DNA of 61,431 nucleotides, counting the filler, from Sphacelaria rigidula (Eukaryota): the NCBI GenBank assembly GCA_964200075.2. It is 11 parts of 11 records of this genome, joined end to end, with 100 filler letters (N's around TTAATTAATTAA, not from the genome) between each part and the next. Parts side by side here need not be neighbours in the genome. Positions count along the whole stretch, not along the records: positions 11,190 to 16,683 come from CAXNAA020026869.1; positions 16,784 to 22,277 come from CAXNAA020026870.1; 9 more parts are not named here. One strand, given 5' to 3'. Under the pieces are notes generated by a model, which saw only the letters and a list, made by a program, of their open reading frames with translations, had not been told where the DNA came from and did not search any database. How positions within the stretch are numbered: position 1 is the first letter of the stretch; each line of letters begins with the position of its first letter. Shown piece after piece: positions 11,854 to 22,277 of the stretch. The translations under genes were made by a program, and so were the position numbers.

Positions 11854-14800
11854 GCTCGCAAGGAGCGGATGAAGGAGTTCCTTCGGGCTCACAGCCGGGA
11901 CCACACCCAAGCTCTGATAATCGAAGGGAAGCCTTGCAAGGTAACGTATTTCAGCGTCCCGGCGATCAATCTCTGGCGTTGATCGCTCTCCCGTTTTTAT
12001 TGTTCACGTGTGCTGCACGCGCACGGTGTCATGCCGCCAAGTGGCATGCGTAGATGATGACTACTAATGACCGCTACCCAACCCTTGCGCACGTGTCCCC
12101 AAGTATGTGCATGAAAGAAACGCGTCTTTCGGGGTTATTATGGTAACCCCTGGACCGCGAGAATAGTCTTTCTGGATCATGCATACTTTTTTCACTTGAA
12201 ATTGATGCCGTTTCAACAAAAGACTAACCTCGCGGTCTAAGGGTCAACCCCGGTGCTGCGAAGAGCGGAAACGCCCAGCACGCACATACGCACTCGGACA
12301 CACACATGCGTTGATTCCTAGGTGAGCTATGACGTGTGAATGTAGCGCTCGTTCTTCACCTCTTAGACAGTGTCGCCTAGAGGCCCCCCTCCCGACTATT
12401 CCACGTTCTTTTGCCACGCTCGTGTCTACTCTTTGCCGGTTTCTGTACGCATTTTTTTGTGCTCGAAATTTGTTCTCGAATCTCATGATTGGATCATCGT
12501 GACGGTTTGGTCGGGACGACACCGCAAAATGAAAAACAGCTGTACCGGGATTCTGCGGCGTCGGCTGTGGAGTCGGCCCTGATGCCGTGGAATGGCCGTC
12601 ACGACGTCCTCATTGACCGCTTCGATGCTCGGGCTGTGCTTGACATGGTCCCTCTCTCGCCCAAGGTACGTGGTGGATCGAGGAGTAGAAGTGGTGGGCT
12701 GTTGATATAGGAATATTTCACTGTCTTGAAGTACAATACAAGGTCACCGTTTCGCTTTCTTTTTCCTTGGATCCTAAAGGCTAGTGTTCTAGGTGCACAC
12801 ACACATATTCTCTTGGCGAAACAAGACAAACAACTGTTTTCTGCTGCTGACAGTGACCCATTGCCTCACCGGAAGACAGTCCACGGATCCCTTGCAGTCG
12901 TCGATTGTGGTACTCTCCACTAAGCCATGCTACCTTAACCCCTTATCCCCTACTGTGAAGATGTCTTGCTTTGAAAAGCATGATCGATCAGCATATCTGT
13001 CGAGTCTTGTAGCAGAGGACACCCAGCGGAGCCGTCCGACCCACTGTCCCAGAAGGTCCATGCATGAACGGGCCGGATTGCCCGACTTCCAACTTGGTCT
13101 TACCGGTGACGCGTGCAGACATCTCGCTCCTGACTTTGAGGGGATGCTTGTTTAGGGGTCCCGTGCACGTGTATTTGCGTCATGCTTGGGATCATCAGCG
13201 CTAATAATACAAGTCGTCGTGCTCTAAGGTAAAAACGTGGATTCCCCAGATATACGCAACATAATGCTGTCGTTGCTCCTGATATTCCCCCTGCGCCATT
13301 TTTTCTTTTCCATTTGAGGCACGGCACAGATTCATGCCATCCTGCATGGAAACACGTGCGTACCGTTCTTTCCCTCCCACCCTTCCCCCATACCAGACCA
13401 GAGGGGGGCAAATGTAGAAGTGACGGAGGTAAGATGAAATCGGTTGGGACATCCATATTGTAGCGAGAAGGTAACCGCTATACAAGGGGAACGGTGGTGG
13501 CCGCAGACAGCGAATCGGGAAGGTTTTTGTGTCATGTATGGAAAAAAAACGTTGAAACGTTGTGAATGCCCAAAAGTTGTAGATATCTAAGGCAACACAA
13601 ATGAGTACCCCCCTCCTCCCGCCCCCCCTCCCCCCATACCAGCGAAAACCCGACGTGCTCCGTCCCGGCTTTGTAGAGATGGAAGGTCAACGTTCTTATG
13701 ACTACGGCATGCAAGATCATTACTACAGCCCCTCCCCGCTCTCAACCACTGGGATCCCCTTCTGACCGTCGCCGCGGCTGCTATCCCCCACACCACGACC
13801 TCGATACCACAGGACACGGGGGATCTCCGTGAAAAAAAGGGGCTGGAAACGTTCTTGAGTTTCGAGCGGTACCGCGGCATTATTGATGCGCAGCGCGCCG
13901 GGCTCACGGAAAAGGAGCACTGGAGTGCCGTGGCGGACCAGGTACAGAGCAGTAGAACACGGTGGATACCACCCCTTGGGATGAGGAAGCTTGGCCGAGA
14001 CAAAATCACTGGGGGTGATCTTCAGGGGTGGGAGTGAACATGAATACAACATACGCCTGTGCAGTACTGTAGATGCCGATGTTGTGCCAAGATTAGCTGA
14101 CAGATGATCACTTGGGGGTGTCAATCGAAGGGCGGGGGGAGGGAGGCTACTCATTTGTTGCTTGCCTTGGTCGTGTGACCGTTGACCACGCATCCCTTTC
14201 GAGACGGAGCACCGTTCCTACTCCTAATAGAAACACCTTCAACATTGCGGCGCTCATTACGTTCCTTCCATAGTTCATCATGGCGGGGGATGGGGGGGGG
14301 TGATACTGTATGTACCATGTTCTACAACACTGCACTACACCGTGCATTGCTGTGTATTCGGCGTAGTATATAGTTTGCAGTATACTGTTCTGTCCCGATA
14401 TTTTCACCATTCGTTCACCATTCGTATTTCCGTGTATCCGACATGAAGAGATAGCGCGTAATGATGTGGGCTACCGCAACGGTGTTGGGGTAGAGACAGC
14501 AGCAGCAGCAGCTGCACAACGGAGTTTTGATATGTTGCACCGGTTTCGGTGTTGAGGTGTGGTTGTGGTGTAATGGCTGTTGGTGTTCGCAGCGGTACAT
14601 GTGTTTGCATCAATTTTCGGACTAGGTGCAGTGAAGAACGGCCCTGGAAGTCTTGATTGCTCCAGCGCAGCTTCTCGCATAATGCGGTGTGTGATGGCCC
14701 TTCCGAAACAGCTCCGTCAAGACATTTTACGCGTAACTTCAAACCAACCCCCGGAATTCACAAAAGCGCAAAAGGATGCGCAGACCGCATAGAGGGTAGG

Positions 14801-15243
14801 GCACCTGGCATACCTCCAGTGCAGTACTTATAATGTGCGTGCTCTTCATCCACATGCTGTTCCCAAGTGTCGTCAGAGAACGCCAGTCCTCGAAATACAG
14901 CACGCACAAATTTGCTTTGACTGTAATCCCTGCACTGTACTGTACCCGAACATGATGAAAATTCCAAGCCCTACAAGCAACGCGTGCACGGCGTATAATT
15001 GCTTTACAAGAACATATCTTCCGTTCGGGAAACGCGTGCACAGCGTATACTTGCTCAAGAAGAACACATCTTGCGTTGGGGGGCGCGGGCGGGCGGGCGG
15101 GGGGTGCATGTGTATGGTTCTGTCTTTTTGCGGATCCGCAGGTTCAAGAAAAGCTTGCAGAGCTCGCGAGGATCGAGCAGGGAGAGCCGGATGCGGGTGA
15201 GATAGCCGCCGCGAAGGAGGTCCAAAATCAACGCAACAAGAAG
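11854..15243 (+). CDS. CLASRP: CLASRP/SFRS16-like (SWAP-family DRY_EERY domain) splicing regulator; exons 11854-11940, 12540-12665, 13813-13941, 15142-15243; partial
   Basis: Phase-0 AG/GT exons join to ARKERMKEFLRAHSRDHTQALIIEGKPCK-LYRDSAASAVESALMPWNGRHDVLIDRFDARAVLDMVP..-..ETFLSFERYRGII.., matching the PWxG..IDRFDxRAxLD and (E/F)ERY motifs of the DRY_EERY domain. The first exon was not located, the last donor could be at 15255 instead, and the 3' part is absent from the contig. Confidence 0.85.
13600..13740 (+). repeat. MITE type A interior copy in a CLASRP intron
   Basis: ctccgtcccggctttgtagagatggaaggtcaacgttcttatgactacggc matches window positions 1-50. Confidence 0.75.
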
Positions 15244-15350
15244 GTGTGGGCAGAGGTTTGTTTTTCCGTCGTGAAAATAAAAAGGATGCCAGACTTTGTA
15301 AAGGATCGAAGTCGTGTTGTAAGCTCTCCGTTCTGATTGGCGTCGTCGAA

Positions 15351-15658
15351 ACCCAGCGTTCGAGCTTTGGCGCAGGAAGGCGCCGTGGTCGTCAACGCCA
15401 GCAGAAGGATCTCAGCTCCTGATATCGTGAGCACCCTCAAGAGCGCGTACGACGTGGAATTCGAATCTCACACTGCGAACCGTCGTGAGGGCAGTAAAAT
15501 TGACGCCAATTATACTGCGCTTAAGACGGTTTGCATTGTGAGATTTGACTTTCACGCCGTACGCGCCCTTTAGGGTGCTGACGAGACCAGGAGCTGAGAT
15601 TCATCTATTGGCGTTGACGACCACGGCGCCTTCCTGTGCCAAAGCTCGAACGCTGGGT
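15351..15658. repeat. Fold-back palindrome of MULE transposase coding sequence (~152-bp arms, essentially no loop)
   Basis: 15351-15502 aligns without gaps to the reverse complement of 15507-15658 with ~20 mismatches (~87%, counted by eye). Both arms encode PSVRALAQEGAVVVNA, on opposite strands. Confidence 0.93.
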
Positions 15659-15900
15659 CTCTTCTTGCCCCCGGCGCAATTTTCGTGGATGAGATGACAG
15701 TCGGTGATTACCCACTCTTGCGTCTTGCGCTCGTGGGCGCGCACGCGAACCTGGCAGCTAGGCACTCCTTTCTCGCCCGGCTTTATGATGCAGCCTGCGC
15801 ATCGATAACGCTCACTCCGGCTGCCTGTAACTCCTAAGTCGGCAATCATAGTGCGCCCCTGTGAGAGCATGACGCGTTCCAACGCCGTCCTTAAGTTGGT
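15505..15900 (-). mobile_element. MULE/MuDR transposase N-terminal fragment (WRKY/GCM1-like zinc-finger DNA-binding domain), decayed
   Basis: ORF 15601-15882: RYRCAGC..SCQVRVRAHERKTQEWVITDCHLIHENC resembles the C..C..W.I....H.C MuDR DBD. It continues past a stop as ISAPGLVSTLKGAYGVKVKSH, similar to the helix that follows the DBD in MULE transposases. Confidence 0.7.
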
Positions 15901-17408
15901 GACGTCAGAAAACTAGTCGTTCTTCTTGAGGAGTCAGGGTTGAATCGTGGAGCAGCCCGCGCCGGCGTCGCCTTGTGGCACAACGTCGCTTGAGCAATGC
16001 GATGACAGTGACGCGTCGGTCTCACAGCTTCGGGTACTCCGAGTCGTGGTCGGGAGGGTGCGTGTTTTGCGATCAGAGGAAGACAGCCGATTGTACAGTC
16101 TACGGCGTTGGATTCAGGCGTTCTTGCTCCAATCTTGAATCCGGTCGGTGTCCATCTCCGTTTCCGAGCGGCAAATTGCAGGTCCGGCAACGGTCTGATG
16201 TTGTCTCCGCATGATGCCGTGTTCGTTGGATCTTCGTGAGGCCTGGCACACAAGAGACCTGTATGCATCGTTGGATCTTCCGGGTCTTCGGGCCAACCAA
16301 CAGAGGGGCTACCCTCTTCTGGCCGTTGGGTTTCGGCCTTCTTTGGCTGGTAGTAGTTTTACCGAAAATGTTTATGGTTGTGACTGCTCGGCGTAACTGG
16401 TGCTGAGACGGCGGTATGATCACCATTTAACAAAAAAGGGTCACCACTTGACAGAAAAGGAACAACAGTAGAACAAAAAAAGGTTAACACAATTTTTTTT
16501 ATCAGAGGGCAGGGTGTACTCTCCTGTTATTCTGACAAAAAGGGTACTCTCACAGGCCCTCATTTTCGGCGCGGTAGTTCGGCCCAGTAACACTTGTGAA
16601 AGTGAAAAAAACCGGTCGGGTATGCTGCCCAGACACCTTGGGCGTGGGGCTGGGGCGCTGGAACGTGTTTTCGAGGTGTTCAGNNNNNNNNNNNNNNNNN
16701 NNNNNNNNNNNNNNNNNNNNNNNNNNNTTAATTAATTAANNNNNNNNNNNNNNNNNNNNNNNNNNNNNNNNNNNNNNNNNNNNCCCCCGCCCCTCTCCCC
16801 CCGCGCTCTATCCTGGGGTGGCTCACCGTTTCATTGGTGTGTACCCTTACTTCGCACCCCATCTCGATGAATATGCATGGAGTATTCGGGTGCCGTTGTA
16901 GACCATAGAACCAGCGCTGGCAGGTACACTAGCTGTAGATACCATCATTGTCCAATCGCTTTTACTAAGAACCTGACTCATGTAGTGTAATGTAGTGAAT
17001 GGTGCAATGCCTCGCTCGATTCAGGCCCATGTCTTCGGTGTTTTATGTAGAACTTACCAGGTGACCATGGCAAAGCGAGTGAGTGGTGGTGCGACTGACG
17101 TGTGGTGACCATGTCGCTGACACAACAGGAACAAGACTCTTGTGTGTGAAGGTGAAAAAATCAGCTTTGTTCTCCTGTACAGGACCGATCATCACACTGT
17201 GGAGCAATTATCTTTGTCAAACTTCCTGAGGTATACATCAAAATAAATGTTCCGAAATTTACGTCACAATCACCACCACCATCACCTCAGCAGCTTTGCT
17301 TGGTGAGGTTTAATTCAATATCCAGGCAATACTTTCGATGCAGGTGAGAGCATGCTCAAGATTGTAGCATCATCCACCGTCTGCGTTGTCTTCATCCGAC
17401 ATCCGCAG

Positions 17409-20400
17409 GTGACGTTCCGATCCTTCGCGAGGCTGCTTTTCCTCCTGGAGCCTAGTTCCCGCGACCGATTGCTGGTGCTTGGCTGCGGTACCGGAGCGGT
17501 TGTATTGGGCAGCGCTTTGCTTCGCTGCGTCCACCGAGTTCGGGGCATGGAGTTATCAAAGGCAAGAAACAGGCGTTTTTTTTCAACTTACGTACACTAT
17601 GCTTGATTGTCGCAAACGCCCCCGCGGCTGGACTGATATATGAAATCTAGTTCTTCTCTCTCATACTTCTCGTAACCCCTGTCCTTCCGCGGAACGGTCC
17701 GCGATCTCAAGGAACGAAGCCATCGCTCCTTCGGCTCACGCCTTACCTTTTGGTATCGCGGGTTGGATCATGACCAAGCGCTCTCGCATCACGTCCACTA
17801 GTGTCGAATACGTTTTCTCTACTACCCTAGTCTTCACGTTTTCAACGGCGGCAATCAGAAACTTCTCAAAAAAATCCGCTTGTAGCTGCCGAGATTCCAA
17901 CTCTCACTTTTCGTCGTAACATTTTTCAGTTGTACCATTAGACCGCCGGGACGCGGCGGGGTGACGACTGATTGGTTGATTGGTTGGTTGATTTATTGTC
18001 GCACTTTGGCTGCTCCCCCAGGGATCCAGCCATGGTCACATGATGAACCTTCACGAGACAAAACAAAATTGAAACTCCCGCTAAAGAAAAAGAAACACCC
18101 AGAGAAGGTAGAACCAAACAACAGAGTAGACGACGACAAAGACATACGACTAGTGTGAGAGAATCTTGGGCGTGCAAATCGCAACAGTACATATAAATGT
18201 ACATGTTTTATTGGTGCCGGAGTCCGAAACGTGAAAGAAAGAGTTGCTATGAAGTAAGTCGATTCACTGTCGTTATTTCCATCGGAAACGCCACTACTGA
18301 AATAAATCAATTACTCTACCTTGGCGGGTGTTGTTATGTTTCTTGTTGTCCAGCTGAGCCCGTTCTGTCTTTCTTTCATCTTCCCCCCTCGTAGGTTTTT
18401 CGTCTCTGTCGTAGTGCTTCCGATTTCTTCATCTTGGAAATATATGTTGTTGTTTCTTGTGGATAATGACCACAGCTGGATTCCTCGGGGATCAGTTGAT
18501 CTGCGACAACAGACCAACCACCCAGCCATCCTACCAATCAATTTGATGCAAGTCGACGGGCTGCGGGAGCGGTCATCATCCAATGCTCGATGGTGAAGTG
18601 AAAGGCAAGAACCGAGGGAGAAAATGATCGATTACTCTCGAGAAATGACGAATTCGTACCAACGAGCGGGGAGGGGGGGGGGAGGGGAATTACTCATGAT
18701 TTTGCATGCCATAGTCATAAGACCGTTGACCTCGCATCCCTACAAAGCCGGGACGGATCACACGGGGTTTTCGATGGACCAGGCTCCGAACATCAAGCGC
18801 GAAGCACCGTGATGTATTCGGCGAGTCGTACAAGGGTAAGCTGCATCCTGCTAACATTGTTCGGCCTGAAGCCTACTGATTATCTTTCGTATGGGTGGCA
18901 GCCTGGCATCAGTTTCATTTTATGGTACCACCCCTTCCAGAAACAGTCACGGGTTACACTGCCTCATGAGTGCCTCATCATTTATTTTGAACACTATAAT
19001 GTTTAGTACGATCATCAACTGTGCGCGGAGTTGAGGTTATTCACCCCGCACACTCTGATCTAACTCTACCACCATCATGGTTACCACCGAAAAACGCCAG
19101 GTAGAATAAAACGGTGACCTGGTTACCTAGCTCACGCAGTGAGAGGCGTATTTAACTGGCGTCGTTGCCAGCCGACGCTAACCCTTGAAGGGGGAGGGAC
19201 GAGGGGCGTTTGAACGTGAGCACACGTCGGACGGATCAGATCGTGATAGATCCGGGTCGGTTCATTTGGAGCATAGGTCGTGGTCTGTCCGAGGTGTGCT
19301 GTCACTCGTGCGCGTTTGTCCGGTGGAGATCTGTAGGGCCCGTTTGATCTGTACATATTTGCCGAGTGACGAATTGTATTATCCATTTCACACACACACA
19401 TTCATGTAGAACTGATTGCAGGTGTGTGGCTGGAAGAGGAAGAGTCGCGATAGCTCTATGCTCGATTGACACATCATGACGCTGTTCGGCCTGTGACAAA
19501 AAGTTCCGGGGGAAAATCCTTGACGTGTACATTGCCGGCGTTAACGAAGCACGGGTGGCTCACGCAAGCCCGCCCGATGATCAGATTTTATGACCTTCGC
19601 GATCTGCGAGTGATCTTATGTCCGTACGGCCCGTTGGACCCATACACATTCCTCAGCTGATGACCTAAAGAACCCGGTTGCTCTCTACACATGGCTTGAA
19701 CGATCTGTATGACCCATGTGATTTGTACAAGTCCGCTCGATGGTGATCTGTACCGGAGTTGCTTGTACCAGGGTTTCTGTAAGTGCTTTGTAAACTCCGT
19801 TGTATCCGCATATCGCCTCCTTAGATACACGTGTGTAATCCGAATCAGGTGTATACAAAACGCGGAGAACAATCTGCGATACCCTCATAACTCGTACAAG
19901 ATACCCTCCTCGTGATCGATGATACCCGGAACACGGGAACCGCTCCATCACTAGTTGCACTGCGTCATCCGAATCGTGTACACAAACGTGTCCACACCAC
20001 CTGTTTTCCCCGGGTGACACAGCTGATGATATGTCCGACATGCGGGGGTAAGGTAAAAAGGCAAACACGAATCGATGACGGTGGAAGAACAAATCGGGGA
20101 GATCGAAGAACTACAGTACAAGGACTTGATAAAATGCGCACGGATAACTATGACGCGTGGCATGTGCGTAGCAACAGTCCTTCTCGTGTACGCGTTGTCT
20201 TTCCACAAGAAGAAACTATTCCAACTGCCTCCTCTGCCAAAATCTTGCAGAGTAGCCGAGTTTTGTTTCGAAAATCAGCCTGGCGCCGGAAGGATTGACG
20301 CTTCCACTACGAAATAGTGCGTCTAAAAGCCAATGCCTGCTTATTTATGCGAACCTTTGGTGATTCGATGTTCATGCATGAATGCGCCTGAAGCAAACTT

Positions 20401-21215
20401 TCCGAAATCTTTACATTTCGAGGGTTCACTCCTCTAGGCACGAGATCTCATTTCGGAACGGTACGTGAAGCGGACGGACCCTCACGCCGAAATCTCCGAA
20501 GGCTAAAAATTCAGCATTTCCTCTTTCCTCTCGAGCACAACCCTGCAGAAACAAGTAACCCGTGTGTTCCGTGGTCGTTATCAAACAACACTGGTTGTTT
20601 TTTTCACCCGATCAAGTCATTTTCTACATATTCCCAGTGGTAGATCCGGGGTCGGTCGGCATTAAACTAGTACCGAAGAGGTTAGCGTGATCCCCGCCCA
20701 GCCCCAACTGTTGCTATCAAGTCGCATTTTTCATTTTTCCCTGCTGTCTCCAGTTTTGTCATCGAGTGTTTCCATTTTTCTTCCGCTCAGGTGTGTCTCA
20801 CTCATGACCACGGTTCGATGCGTGGCGGATCAGTTCAGCGTGCGACAATCGAATCGATTGGGTTATCCATGAGATCACCACGCTCTGGATGCGGTCTCCT
20901 TTCGTTGGACCATACCCCTGCCCTCCCCTTTGGTGTTTTTTTTTTTTTCTGTCGACGTCGATAAGAAATGTCCAACGCTACGTTCGAGTGTGGTTGCCTT
21001 CTCGCGAAGCCGCGGAGTGGGCCAACGAAGTTGTGTTCCTCGTGTTCACGCCGTTGTTTCTTTTTTTTTTCCTGGTGCTGTCCCCTTCCTCGAGTTTTCT
21101 TCACCGCGTGTTTCCGTTTTGTTTTCTTGGGAACATACGTCTGGTTTTGTGACCATGGCTAGATGCTTCGGGGATTCGTTGATGTGCGACACAATATCAA
21201 TATCAATTTATCGAT

Positions 21216-21246
<31 letters not shown>

Positions 21247-21840
21247 ACAAACAAACAAATAACAAAACAGGGCACCTTGGACGACGCTCAAGCACTCCTA
21301 AAAGCATACAGCGCCGCCGGCTATGGCAGCAAAAGTGACGGCACGAACGACAACGATGACGGCAGTGACAACACTACGGCCAGGGATGACGGCAATATCG
21401 ACATGAACAGCAAAAGCAAGGACAACAACAACAGCAGCACGATCAGCACCAATACGGCGGTAGAACAAACTAAACCCGAACCAACCATAGTTGACTTCAG
21501 GGCGGGCGACTTTTTGGCGCAGGATTGGGGCAGCCCAACCATCATATTCGCAGCCTCGGCATGCTTCGACGAAGAGCTGATGAACGACATATCAAAAGCT
21601 TGCCACGGCTTGCCATGGCGCCAAACGCACGTCCGAGTGGTGACTCTCGACAGACCATTGCCGAGGGTATGCTCGCCAGATTCGGAGAGCAGGTGCGTCA
21701 GTGAGTCAGCAGCCGTCTCGCCGGATGGTGCAGGCGGGGAGTACGAGGTGGCTTGGCAGTGCCAAGTGGAAGGGTGCTGGGGAGGTACAGCTGTGGCTTA
21801 TGTGCACGAGCGTGTCTTCGCGAGGAACACTGTGGCTTAG
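17409..21840 (+). CDS. DOT1-like class I SAM-dependent methyltransferase; exons 17409-17561 and 21271-21840 (terminal); 5' part missing
   Basis: Exon A: VTFRSFARLL..RLLVLGCGTGAVV..VRGMELSK (motif I GxGxG and post-I acidic residue). Exon B: VDFRAGDFLAQDW..TIIFAASACFDEELMNDI..VRVVTLDRPL..GCWGGTAVAYVHER*, matching the GDFL / FANSxCF / SW..Y pattern of DOT1-like proteins. A phase-0 join requires a GC donor (AAG|GCAAGA). Confidence 0.75.
17966..18060 (-). mobile_element. Retroposon (LINE/SINE) 3' end with (CAAT)n-type tail
   Basis: Reverse complement reads atgtgaccatggctggatccctggggg..gtgcgacaataaatcaaccaaccaatc. The same motif occurs at 18460-18545 (+), 21145-21270 (+), 26627-26690 (-) and 46990-47055 (-). 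Confidence 0.65.
18460..18545 (+). mobile_element. Retroposon 3' end, (CAAT)n-tail family
   Basis: atgaccacagctggattcctcggggatcagttgatctgcgacaac followed by a degenerate A/C tail. Confidence 0.6.
18665..18890 (-). repeat. MITE type A-related dispersed repeat
   Basis: gccatagtcataagaccgttgacctcgcatccctacaaagccgggacgga is the reverse complement of window positions 2-51 (one mismatch). The continuation matches 9160-9260. Confidence 0.8.
19115..19205. repeat. Dispersed ~90-bp repeat; second copy at ~24627-24718 in the opposite orientation
   Basis: acctggttacctagctcacgcagtgagaggcg..gcgtcgttgccagccgacgctaaccct versus the reverse complement of 24627-24718 (acctggttgcctagcttgcgcagtgagtggcg..gcgtcgctgccaaccgacgccaaccct). 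Confidence 0.75.
21145..21270 (+). mobile_element. Retroposon 3' end with (CAAT)n(CAAA)n tail abutting a splice acceptor
   Basis: gtgaccatggctagatgcttcggggattcgttgatgtgcgacacaat..(caat)n(caaa)n..aacag|G. Confidence 0.65.
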
Positions 21841-22235
21841 CGGCTCGTGCAATGTGTCAGCGATTGGTTGTGTCCCCATTATGCCATTAAGATCTCCGGG
21901 TGGGGGTGTGTGTATGAAGTAGTACACGTGGGAATGGGGAGGAAGGAGCGCCCGCCGATTACAAAAATACGGTTCTCATCACAATGTCAAGGTTAGGGTT
22001 AGGATCGAGTTTTTCGTGTCTGGCTCTTGTAGAGAGCTCATGGGTGACGGCTCGCACTCGCGTACTGTACGGTGGTCCCAAGATAGCTGAGTTGCAGCCT
22101 GCCGTGATGGCCTTGCTCGTTTAATGTTCGCTTTTGTACGATCTTTTAGGTGGCCTTCTTACCTAAAGTAGTGCGGCAGCGGCCTCGCGTGTTTTTGTAC
22201 CACGGGGGTGGTACATGAATATTTCTCCACCTTCC

Positions 22236-22277
<42 letters not shown>

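Noticed and set aside
21989..22003. Telomere-like GGTTAGGGTTAGG
   Set aside because: Only two units, internal to the contig; expected by chance.
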